A stretch of DNA of 64,000 bases from Octopus vulgaris (taxonomy: Eukaryota). The position numbers and the translations under genes are program-made. Numbering within the stretch: the first letter of the stretch is position 1; each line of letters opens with the position of its first letter. Below the pieces are notes generated by a model that was given only the letters and a program-made list of their open reading frames with translations, was not told where the DNA came from and ran no database searches. The stretch lies in the NCBI GenBank assembly GCA_951406725.2, contig OX597821.1:37200001-37264000 (forward strand), in the 5' to 3' direction. Below are positions 52,359 to 64,000 of the stretch, in pieces.

Positions 52359-54707
52359 ATTTCATTTGATGTTTGATACTGTGTGTATATGTATCTGTGT
52401 GTGCATGTGTGTGTAGAATTCTATAATCACCAGAAAAAAGGAGAGGAATTTTCTTTCTTGATGCTCCTGGTGACAGGTAAAACTTTGCTTCTCTCCAAGG
52501 TAAGTTAACAAAAAAGGAATTGCAGTTGCTGTACCATTGTCTAATGATGCAGAACATTGGCAAATTGTTTCTTATCTGCTTCCCCTCTGGCTAAATAAAC
52601 CTGTCTCCTAGCTTCCCTTCTGTCAGTCTAATACAATTCCCTGCCACCACCATTCTTCCATTTCTTCCATGCCTGTTTCTTTTCCCTAATGGCTCTGTCA
52701 ACTATGTTGTTGCACCACCACGTTACCTTGGGTCAAAAGGGGACTTTGCACCATCCACAGATCTGGTCAGTAGCCCTCAACAGATTGTCACGTAGGAACC
52801 TCCAGTTGTCTTCCACATTATGTGATGGATGCTATATCCCCCTCTACGTCTCTAAATCTCTGTCCATTTGCAGGATCCTTAAGCTTCCAAACCCTTTTTC
52901 TCCATGCTGGTCGTCTTTTGGGCATCCATTTAGCCATGATCCTGAAGTCACTAACTACTAATCTATGTTGTGCAGTGTATCCTTCACCTGGGAAGGTTTT
53001 GGCATTTTATAAATGCCAAAACCTTCCCAGTAGCCATCTTTCCCTTTTCCTGGCGAGGATGTAATCAATCTGACTAATATGACCACCAGACTGGTAGGCG
53101 AATAGGTGACTGGCAGGTTTCTTGAAGTTAATACTACAAACCTGCTAGTTTATGTGTATGTGAGTGTATATATACTTTTCAAACTTCTTCTTTTTATAAA
53201 TATATATATATATATATATGTAATAATTAAAATATATGCATACATACAAACATATATGTACGTATCTACATCTACATGTATATATACATGCATATATAAA
53301 TAAATATACATGAGTACAGGACACCACAACAGGACGTAGAAACGGGAAAAACATAAAATTATAACAAGAAAATAAGGAAAAGTCCCCGGTCATCAGCTGT
53401 CGCTAGTTAGACTCAAGCGTGTTTCGAAGGCGATATATATATAGTGTGTTGGTGTATGTATATTTCTAATTGAAAAAATAATTATTTAAATGCAAAAAAA
53501 AAAAAGACCATATTTATGAAATATAGCTAAAGGGAGGTAACCCTGTAAAACGTTAAACTATGCGAAGAGCTATTTATTTATAACAATTACTCTCCATATA
53601 TTTCAACATTTGAATATTAACATAAATATCTGGTTGTGAGATATATATGAGTGGTGTCCTACTTAAAGAAAAATATAATGTAGCACTCTGAAATGCGGGT
53701 TATAAGGATAAAATTAAATACATTCCTTATAATAATGGAAATAATAATGATGTCTATGATAAGAACATTGATAATAATAATAATAAAAATAAAAATAAAT
53801 TCATAAATTCTAGAAGTACACACAGATATAATAATGATAAAATAAATACCACAAGAAATCCCAAACAGATACCTGTGTCAGCTCCACTAATGATAATAAT
53901 ATAGACATAATTGTTGATGTGAATAATACAACAGTTGAAGATAGATATAACGACAATAATAATCATCATCATTGTTTAACGTCCGCTTTCCATGCTGGCA
54001 TGGGTTGGACAATTTGACTGTGGACGACTGGGCCAGAAGGTTGCACCCGGCTCCATTCTAATCTGGCAAAGTTTCTACAGCTTCATGCCCTTCCTAACGC
54101 CAACCACTCCAAGAGTGTATTCCAATAACTCTTATGACAAACTACCGCGCATAAAATTACATTTCTTTCATCTCTATCCTGACCTGAATACTTACTATAA
54201 TTGCAAAGAACTTTTACACATTCATAATACTACATATGTTTATTATTTTCCTTTAATCTCTATCTCTATCCTTTTCCAAATACTCTTTGTTTCTCTCTAT
54301 AATTGCAATTAAACTTAGCCTTATTTTAGTGCCAAATTTATTTCTTCTACAAATCCTCCCTAGTGTATTGCTACCCAAAGAACTGAATCCCTTTTTGTAA
54401 GTGTTTATTCATATATTCATATGAATAAAGATATATTTTTATTTATCTATATAGGTGTTTACATGTGCGTGTAAACTTGTGTGTATGTGTGTGTGGATAT
54501 TTATATGTGTATGTATTTAATTCTATGAGTATATGTATATATGTGTGTATGTATGTATGTATGTATGTATGTATATATGTTTCTGTTTGTGTATAACTGT
54601 TCAGAGATATGTGTATGCTTGTGTGTGTATATGTATTATATGTATGTGTATATATATATGTGTGCATGTGTATGTATATATATATGATTGTGTTTTTGTG
54701 TGTGAGG

Positions 54708-54743
<36 letters not shown>

Positions 54744-55727
54744 GAACATGTTCTTTTATTTTCCCTTATTTTATATATATTGCTGACGTGGCCGATGACA
54801 GTACTGCCTGATTGGCACTCGTGTCAGTAGAACGTTAAAAGCACCATTTGAGCGTGATCGTTGCCAGCATCGCCTTACCGGCACATGACAAACAACATTT
54901 GAGCGTGGTCGTTGCCAGTGCCGTTGGACTGGCTCCCGTGCAGGTAGCATGTAAAAACACCTTTTGAGTGTGGTCATTGCCAGAACCGCCTGACTGGCCT
55001 TCGTGCTGGTAGCATGTAAAAGCACCCACTACCCTCTCGGAGTGTTTGGCGTTAGCAAGGGCATCAAGCTGTAGAAACTTTGCTAGATCAGACTGAAGCC
55101 CGGTGCAGCCTCTTGGCTCGCCAGTCCTCAGTCAAACTGTCCAACACATGCCAGCATGGAAAGCGGATGTTAAATGACAACGATGACGATGATATAAATG
55201 TGTGTGTATGTGTGTACATGTATATAGGTGTGTATATATTGTATATGTATATGTATATATGGATAAAATACATGTGTTGGGTATGAATATATATATATGT
55301 AAGTATGTATATAACGCCTATTTTCATTACACGATTACCAAATATTCATGTTTTTTGTAAATTTCAATATTTTAATATTCTTCGTATTTTGTAATATCTT
55401 ACCAAATATTCAAATATACTATATATTATATATTAGTGGTATGCTATTTATTTATTTATTACTATGAGTTTATTTCTGCTGATTCAATGTGAGTATTTAA
55501 CAGAGTAAAGAGTATTTATAGACTTAGCATTTAATTTGTAATATAGATTTTGTTTCAATAATTTCACTGCTTGTCAAATGTATATTGTGTGGTATGTTAT
55601 ATTCTATTGTGTCAAAATGACTCTCCCCAGACACAATAGAATATGCTCTAACACACGAACTCATATAAAGAATCTCGCTAACCAAATCCAAAAACGTTAT
55701 ATGTTATATCTCATAACCAGATATTTA

Positions 55728-56029
55728 GGATCTTTTCCTTTTGAACGGCAGTTTTCAACACAATTTCTAGTTAACTAAACACTTTTAAACTTCGTATACT
55801 GGTAGAATGTGTTTATAAAATATCATTTTTTCTTGGGTGGTTAGCGATTGGTTAAAATTACCGAAATGCTCGATTTTAAAGTGGAGATATCTTACAAACT
55901 ATAGAATTTTCTCAATAAAGCCAAGAAAAAATGATGTTTTATAAACACATTCTACCAGTATACGAAGTTTAAAAGTGTTTAGTTAACTAGAAATTGTGTT
56001 GACATATGCCGTTCAAAAGGAAAAGATCC
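55728..56029. mobile_element. 302-bp foldback MITE with exact 8-bp TSD GATATTTA
   Basis: Same TIRs as 35742-36530; GATATTTA at 55720-55727 and 56030-56037. Confidence 0.9.
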
Positions 56030-56480
56030 GATATTTATTTTAAAAGCTTATTTATGTTAATATTCAAATGTTGAAATATATGGAGAGTAATTGTTATAAA
56101 AAGCTCTTTGTATAGTTTAACGTTTTACACGGTTATCTCCCTTTAGCTATATTTCATAAATTTGGCGATTTTATTTCTCCATTTAATAATTCTTTCAATT
56201 AGAAATTTATCTTAGATGTATTCATAACAGAATAACAGATTCCTAACTGTACGTATTTATTATTCCCCTTAGTATTTAAGGCCCCTTAGACAATTTATTC
56301 CTTGGAATATTTTAAATTTGTTTTGTATTTTGTATTTTATTAATAGATTTAACAGACCCAAACAACGCTGTTGTTTTTAAATATTAGCTGACCAGTTAAG
56401 TTGTAGGATTAACATTGGCCTTACCCTACGTGTCATAGGGGTTTATAATGAAGATTTTTGTTAATAAAGAATAATTTCTT

Positions 56481-56745
56481 TTATTCGCTCAGTCGAAGTC
56501 GACTCTCGGTTGCTCGATGGATCAGTGTCCTCCAGTCAGTTCTATCCCGGGCCGCTTCTTTCAGATTGGCTATGTCCATTCTGGTATCACTCTTGATGGT
56601 GTCAAGCCAGCGGGTTCTTGGTCGGACTCTTCCTCTCTTGCCACTGACCATTCCGAGCATGATGTCCTTCTCCAGGGATTTTCTCCGCATAATATGACCA
56701 AAATATGCCAATCTATGCTTGGTGATCCTAGCTTCTAGCGACCAC
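56481..56745 (-). mobile_element. 5'-truncated RTE/BovB-like LINE 3' end with open frame
   Basis: RLAYFGHIMRRKSLEKDIMLG.V.GKR.R.RPRTRWLD.I...DR..WR..IH motif, no stops. Confidence 0.85.
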
Positions 56746-57038
56746 ACTTAATTTATACCCAAATTATTCCTTCATTGATATAATTATGTATTGATTTCCC
56801 CAACTATGTTTACATAAGCTAAATTTTATTTCTATTCTCTTGCATAGTTTTTGGTTTCTCACTAATGACATCTGTTAAATAGATCATCCCTTTAACCCCA
56901 CCCTATAGCGTTTTATATCTACTATGTCCCCCCATTAGATTGAAATAAGATGTGATCTCACAACCTCCGGATTTATCTTGGAATTTACTTTTTACTATTA
57001 TTTAGTATTTTATTTTATTTTACTTTTTTACTTGTTTA

Positions 57039-57149
57039 ATTCTCTGATGAAGCTTTGGGGTCCAATTTTTGTTCAATTTCTGTATAATCTTGGTATGATG
57101 TGTCAACTTTGGCATGCCGGACCTCCTAAGTAGAAACAGATGTAAGAGT
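57039..57149 (+). ncRNA. Type I hammerhead ribozyme candidate with long stem II, sense in AMD1 intron 2
   Basis: attct-CTGATGA-a-gctttggggtcc...ggacctcctaagt-a-GAAAC-agat-GTA-agagt: 5-bp stem I, interrupted stem II, minimal stem III, GUA triplet. Confidence 0.6.
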
Positions 57150-57712
57150 AGCGTTATATTCACTCATTTATTCTTATTCCTTTATTTATATGATCGCAAT
57201 TTATTAATAAACGGATCAAGCTGATGTTTGTCAATTATCTTCTTTTTCGTCCTTGCCTTCATCATCATCATCATCATCATTTAACATCCGCTTTCCATGC
57301 TAGCATGGGTTGGACGGTTCAACTGGGGTCTGGGGAGCCCGAAGGCTGCACCAGGCCAGTCAGATCTGGCAGTGTTTCTACAGCTGGATGCCCTTCCTAA
57401 CGCCAACCACTCCGGGAGTGTAGTGGGTGATTTTATGTGCCACCGACACAGGTGCCAGACGAGGCTGGCGAACGGCCACGCTTGGATGGTGTTTTTTATG
57501 TGCCACCGACACAGGTGCCAGACGAGTACATCTGTATTGATTGGATACGAGGTATCTAGTTTCAATACTTAATCGGGTCGACATACTCCCATGGTGGTTC
57601 TGTCTCAAGAATTACTTTTATATATGCAAATTAAACATTGAGAGATGTTCGTTTTAGTACATCTAATTTGAATGTCTTTTTCCTGTGTACTTGGAAGTAA
57701 TATTTCCTAATA

Positions 57713-57755
<43 letters not shown>

Positions 57756-57889
57756 TTGTAATTAAGGGTATCTAAAAAATACCACCATGCTAGAGATAAC
57801 AGTCAAAACTTGACTCTAAAACCTCATCATGTATTCATACAGCACCAGTAGAAAAGACAAACAGACAAATAAACTAACAAAAAATGATT

Positions 57890-57956
57890 GGATAATCCCA
57901 GATCCGGATTTCTGGCTTCGCATAAAAATATACTCTGCCTCATCAGTGAGATATCC
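57890..57956 (-). ncRNA. Minimal type I hammerhead ribozyme candidate (Penelope-type), antisense to AMD1 intron 2
   Basis: Minus strand reads ggatatctca-CTGATGA-ggc...gcc-a-GAAA-tccgga-TC-tgggattatcc: stem I of about 10 bp, stem II ggc/gcc, palindromic stem III atccggat, AUC cleavage triplet. Confidence 0.75.
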
Positions 57957-57977
57957 ACAAATAGTACATAATTACAA

Positions 57978-58026
<49 letters not shown>

Positions 58027-58371
58027 ACATACGAATATTTATATATACGCATGTATACACACATATATGTAAGTATGTACATGACTAGTTTCATTGCCTG
58101 TCTAAACTCCATGTGCTATAAGGTTTACATCCCCACAACTTAGCGGTTCGGCAAAAGACATCAATAGAATAAGTACTAGGAATCCTGGGCTCAATTTGTT
58201 TGACTAAAGGAAGTGCTCCAGCATGGCTGCAGTCACATGACTGAAACAAGTAAAACAATAAAAAAAAAACTATGCCATTTTAATTACGAGCAACACTGGG
58301 TACATTTGCTAGTATGAAATAATATTTGATGCTGTGATTATTTTTAGTTACATCTTTCTTATTTTTTGCAG

Positions 58372-58498
58372 TGAAAGCAGCATGTTTGTTACAAAACGGC
58401 GTTTTATTTTGAAAACTTGTGGTACTACGACACTGCTCTTAGCTGTGAAGCCATTGTTGAAGCTAATTAAAGACAGATGTAACATTGATTCTGTTGAT
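58372..58498 (+). CDS. AMD1: AMD1 coding exon 3 ([42 protein letters not shown])
   Basis: Acceptor ttttgcag, donor GTGAGT, 127 nt; contains the SE/SS autocleavage (pyruvoyl) site and ILKTCGTT catalytic Cys motif. Confidence 0.95.
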
Positions 58499-61292
58499 GT
58501 GAGTATTTTCATTTCTCTGCTTTTTTTTTTTACTATTCCTAATTCCTTTTTTGTCTGGGGAGAAGAATCTTGCAAACCAAATCCAAAAATAAAATAATTC
58601 ATTTTGGTTTATCATCGTCATCATCATTTAATGTCCGCTTTCCATGCTAGCATGGGTTGGACGATTTGACTGATGGCTGGCGAACCAGACTCCAATCTGA
58701 TCTGGCAGAGTTTCTACAGCTGGATGCTCTTCCTAACGCCAACCACTCTGAGACTGTAGTGGGTGCTTTTTACGTGCCACCGGCACAGGGGTCAGTAAGG
58801 CGGTACTGGCAATGACCTCGTTCGAATTTTTTTACACATGCCATCGGCACAGGTGCCAGTATGGCGACACTGGTAACAATCACACTCGAATGGTGCACTT
58901 TTATGTGCCACTGGCACGGAAGCCGGTTAGCCACTCTGTCAACGATTACCCTCATATGGTGCTCTTTGCACCCCGCTGGCATGGATGCCAGTTGTTGAAT
59001 TTGATTTTGAGTTTATATTAAAATTTTTACTTCTTGCTCTTTACAAAACACATTTTGCTGCTGTATCTTTTTAATTTGGTCTGAATGTGAATTAGTGATT
59101 GTTTAGAAAGGGAAAATGTATGGTTCTTCTAATAGGCATTGCTTCTCTGAGTGTAGAAGTTAAACAAAGTCTCATTTATGCAACATGTCTAATCCCTTGC
59201 TTATCAAAATGTAAAGACTTGCAATAAAGGGATTGGTTTTTTTTTTTAAATAAATAAATTCCTGAACTTTTTCTTATTTTCTCTTACCAGAAAACCATTA
59301 TGAGTGAGAAAACAAGGTATTGAAAGAGAATTTACTTGCTTTAGTGTCTATTTGTTATGGGTTAAGTTTGTTAGAACTTACATTGAACATCAAAATTCTA
59401 ATTCAGAATACTTATGTGGTGAAGAAAAGACAACAATAGTTCCTTGACAAATAATAATGATGATAATCCTTTCTACTTGAGGCACAAGGCATGAAATTTT
59501 GGGGAGAGGGAGAGTTGATTGCATCGACCCCAGTACTTAATGGGTTCTTATTTTATCAACCCTGTAAAAATGAAAGGCAAAGTCAATCTCCTCAGACCCT
59601 TAGAATTTTCTGTCTGTTTTAGAAACCTTTTTTCCTGCCAAAAAATGATTTTTTAGAAACTTTGAGAGGTATGAAATAAATCATTTTAATGGTGTCACCT
59701 GATGTAGGTATGGCTGTATATGCTATTATTTAATGCTTTATCTTCTTTGAGTTCTATTGTTAAAATGATTTATTTCATTATCCAATCATTAAGATAGTAG
59801 AAGGTGATTTGAGAAAAAATTGTCTGCTATTTCTGGTAAGCCAAGTGGTGATAGACTGGTTTCCTTGTTGGCTTGAATTTGTAGAAATAAATCAAAGATT
59901 GTTCTTTTGATATACAGTACTTTATCTAACATTTAATGTTTCATCTGTAGAAGAGGGAAGACATTTGTTTTTGTTCTTTTCTTCTCATTTGAAGCCACTT
60001 AGATTCCAGAAAGCTTACGAATACCCATATAGAAATTAATTATAATGATATAGAAAATACTGTCCCTAAATTTTAGGGAGTTCTTTTACCAGTTTGACAT
60101 GTCTGAATGAGGCTGGTTTTTTCCCTTGCTAAATGATTTTAAGACTATTATAAATAAAAGGGTAGCTTTCAGAGCAAAAATCAATGACTGCATTGTTCAT
60201 CACCATTTAACGTCTGCTTCCATGCTGGCATGGGTTAGACATTTTGATTGGAACTGGTAAGCTGGAGAGCTGCACCAGGTTCTAGTCTGATTTGGCATGG
60301 TTTCTATAGCTGGCTGCCCTTCCTAATGCCAACCACTCCAAGAGTGTAATGGGTGCTTTTTACATGCCACTGGTAACAGCCATGACTACAATTTCATGGG
60401 TGTTTTTCATATGACACTGGCAATGGCCATCACTTTGGTTTTACTTGGCTTGATGAGTCTTCTCAAGCACAGCATATTGCCATAGTGTTGGTCGCTTGTG
60501 AGGCCCAACAGTTGAAGATCATGCTACTTGCAACAACCATGATTACAATTTCACAGCAATGGCATTTAGCCTATTGTGAAATCAAGTGAAATGGCTGTTG
60601 CTGAATTCAGAGATGGTTTATTCTGTTTAATGCCCCTTGTGGTATCAGTAAAACTTACCTAAACCTTTTCATGACTGTATTTTAGCTAAAATATATTTTC
60701 TCTATGTTTTAATCTAATTCAGACTAGTTTCATAAAATATAACATTGTTTTATCGATTGACACATGATTGTTTTTTGGAACACAACATTGTAAAAGGTTC
60801 TGAAATAAATATCTCAGGGGCAGTCTAATTTAGTAAACTAAAACTATTGAAATTTTGTTTAAATATCAGCATATATATATATATAGGTGCAGGGGTGGCT
60901 GTGTGGTAAGTAGCTTGTTTACCAACCACATGGTTCCGGGTTCAGTCCCACTGCGTGGCACCTTGGGCAAGTGTCTTATGCTATAGCCTCAGGCCGACCA
61001 AAGCCTTGTGAGTGGATTTGGTAGACGGAAAACTGAAAGAAGCCCGTCGTATATATGTATGTATATATATATATATATATGCGTGTGTGTGTTTGTCTCC
61101 CTAGCATTGCTTGACAACCGATGCTGGTGTGTTTATGTCCCCGTCACTTAGCGGTTCGGCAAAAGAGACAGATAGAATAAGTACTGGGCTTACAAAAGAA
61201 TAAGTCCCGGGCTCGAGTTGCTCGATTAAAGGTGGTGCTCCAGCATGGCCGCAGTCAAATGACTGAAACAAGTAAAAGAGTAAAAGAGAGAG

Positions 61293-61293
<1 letters not shown>

Positions 61294-61373
<80 letters not shown>
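61294..61373. repeat. (TA)n(CA)n microsatellite; many similar tracts (e.g. 100-235, 43135-43178, 48187-48262, 57981-58024) and poly-T at ~50306-50337
   Basis: Directly visible simple repeats. Confidence 0.95.
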
Positions 61374-63057
61374 TGTATGTGATGTGTATACATGGGTGTG
61401 TGTATAGATAGATATGTTTATCTGGGATCTTGGACAGCAGAAGGTTGCTGCTTCTTGAAAACATCTACCCACCACTCTATGTAGATCTCCCAGGTTTTTT
61501 GGTAAGATATTAAAAATAACTGTGGGCCTTTGAATCCCAGGCTATTGTAGTACCTGGTCCTAACGCTAAGACAGGATGGGGGTGGGACCTTTGGAACAGT
61601 CTACTGACATCCTGCTCAGGGCTGGCATAAGTCTCAATGTCAAAGTCTGGTGCCAGCCCCTCTAGGAACTTCCATAAATACATCACCACATATCTCTCCT
61701 CTCTTTGCTCCAGGGAGCAGAGCTGCAGTTGTTTTAGTGTCTCCTAGTACCTCAGCTGTTCTAGTGATGTAATCTTCCTGATGTAGCACTGCTAAACTGT
61801 CTCAAGGTCCATTAATAATTTGACACTGTGGGGTGATCACAGCTGAGAGTAGTAGCCCAAATGGCTAGGGACAAATGTCCTCCATAGGACCAGCATGGTT
61901 TCCTGGTCCCTTGTTCTGAAAGTTCCTCTAGTGTTACATTTCTAGGGATGTTTATTCTTATATCATTTGATGTGTTAGATTTTGAAAATAAGGTAAATTG
62001 CAAATAAAATATAACTTTGGATCATAATAAAAGTGAAATACTGTTTTCACTTAGAATAATTTTTTTTTTTAATGAGAAAATATGTTGCCAATTTGTTCTT
62101 TCGTGCTATCTATACATTCACAATTGTTAAATATAAAAATACTGTTTATATTTTTAGATTTCAGAATGACTTATCGCACATCAGCTAAATTATGGTGGTG
62201 TACTAATCTTAAGGGACTATAAATTTATTCTTTCTTTATTAAAAAAAAACAATTTTAGAAGACACATTTCTAAAAATTCGATGACTGGCAACCATGCTAG
62301 TGGAGCGCTAAGAGCACCATTTGAGCATGATCGTTGCCAGAGCAGCTGACTGGCTTCCGTGCTGGTGGCATGTAAAAAGCACCATTCAAATGTGATTGTT
62401 ACCAGCATCGCCTTACTGGTACTTGAAAAAACATTAGAGTGAGTTCATTGCCAGTGCCACTGGACTAGCTCCTGTACAGGTGGCATGTAAAAAACACCAT
62501 TTGAGCATGGCTGTTGCCAGTACCGCCTGACTGGCCCTCGTGCCGGTGGCACGTAAAAGCACCCACTACACTCTTGGAGTGGTTGGCATTAGGAAGGGCA
62601 TCTAGCTGTAGAAACTCTGCCAGATCAGATTGGAGCCTGGTGCAGCCATCTGGTTTGCCAGTCCTCAGTCAAATCGTCTAACCCATGCTAGCATGGAAAG
62701 CGGACATTAAATGATGGTGTTGTGAGGTTTGTTGCACTCAGCAAAAAAGTCAGTTTTATATCAAAGTTTTGGACACTTTTTTACCGTATTAATGTTCTAT
62801 GATTTATATTTGCAATGACCTGTCCAGTAGCTATTTTGATGAAGTTTTTCTGATTGAGCCATTTATATTCATTAATTTTTATATTAGTTCCCTTGTATTT
62901 ATGATTCCTATGTCACTTGTTTGCATAAAATATTTTCTAAATGGCTACTACAGCTGGCATAGCAACTGTTGTGGCAGCAAATATAAATAGACAAGATCAG
63001 GATTAGAATACTAATACTAAACTTGGTTGATTAAATTCTTGACAATTTTTTTTACAG

Positions 63058-63132
63058 GATGTATTTTATTCTCGAAAGAAATTTAGACAGCCAGAAAAAC
63101 AACATGAAATTCATCAACGCTTTGAAGATGAG
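63058..63132 (+). CDS. AMD1: AMD1 coding exon 4 (DVFYSRKKFRQPEKQHEIHQRFEDE); gene continues beyond the window
   Basis: Acceptor tttttacag, donor GTAAAA, 75 nt, phase 0; FYSRK.F..P..Q...H..F..E motif. Confidence 0.9.
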
Positions 63133-64000
63133 GTAAAAGATTATTTCATTTAATTGTAATGAATGGCAAAAATTAAATTTGTTGGGAAAACTAATGATTT
63201 TAGCTAAATAAATACTGATTTCAAATTTTGGAAGAGGAGATAAGTCGATTACATTGACCCCAGTACATAAGTGGTACTTATTTTATCAAACCTGAAAGGG
63301 TGCAAGGTAAAGTTGACTTCGTTGGAATTTGAACTCAGAATGTAAAGACAGATGAAATGCCACTAAGCATTTTGCCCAGCATGCCTAACGATTCTGCCAG
63401 CTCACCCCCTTAGCTAAATAAATATCAAAGGAATGTGTTATTTCTGAAAATACTGTGTATAAATGTGATTATATAGTATAATTTTGGAGTAGTAAGTAGA
63501 ATGTCAGCTTACAATCTATTTGGTTGGCATTTTGTTTTCAATCACTGACATTTTGTTGCTAGTAAAGCCCTCTAATTTTCGAGGGCTTAATCCATCATAC
63601 TGTTTTGTTAGTTTGCAGGGCTTAGCTTAAATCTTTTCCTAGACCCTAAAGAAGTCAGTAGAAAACTATTTCTGTGTTTTCTTCTTTGAATTAGCACATG
63701 AGGTCAAAGTTTAGAATAGTGGGTAACAGGTCATTATTATTATTACATGTTATTTTATCTTCTTTTGAAAAATATGAACTTCCAAACAAAGATAATTAAA
63801 GACTGGATAATGAATCTGTTGGGATATGCCCATATGGAAAGTGTTAAGATGAAAACTAAATTAGGGTCAAAATTATTTCGGAAAGTTAGTCTGTAGAACT
63901 TGTTCATTTCTTACAGTCTATGTAAGTTGGCTGAATTAATAAATGTAGAGTTGCATGGTGTTGCCTAGAAGCTGAGTAGAAGTACAACTGTTTGTTTTGC

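Noticed and set aside
63133-64000. AMD1 stop-codon readthrough tail known from vertebrates
   Set aside because: The AMD1 3' exons and stop codon lie outside this window, so it cannot be assessed.

Overview
Eukaryotic, AT-rich, repeat-dense DNA, most likely from an octopus or other coleoid cephalopod (inferred from the SINE/LINE families and microsatellite load, not from a search). Three spliced genes were reconstructed by hand with consistent exon phases: MED28 (minus strand, 4 exons, 202 aa, 9534-15830), TRAPPC1/BET5 (minus strand, 4 exons, 143 aa, 21116-30661) and the first four coding exons of AMD1/S-adenosylmethionine decarboxylase (plus strand, from 37169, continuing past the window). 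The rest is SINEs, RTE/CRE/R4-type LINE fragments, Gypsy (CsRn1-like) remnants, a Penelope GIY-YIG fragment, Tc1/mariner, pogo and Merlin relics, non-autonomous Helitrons and a GGATC-ended MITE family. The most notable observations are: two oppositely oriented minimal type I hammerhead ribozyme candidates in AMD1 intron 2; a U12-type intron in TRAPPC1; short uORFs in front of the AMD1 start; and a nested ~1.1 kb palindromic element flanked by a 109-bp direct duplication just upstream of AMD1. Repeat boundaries are approximate unless termini are quoted.
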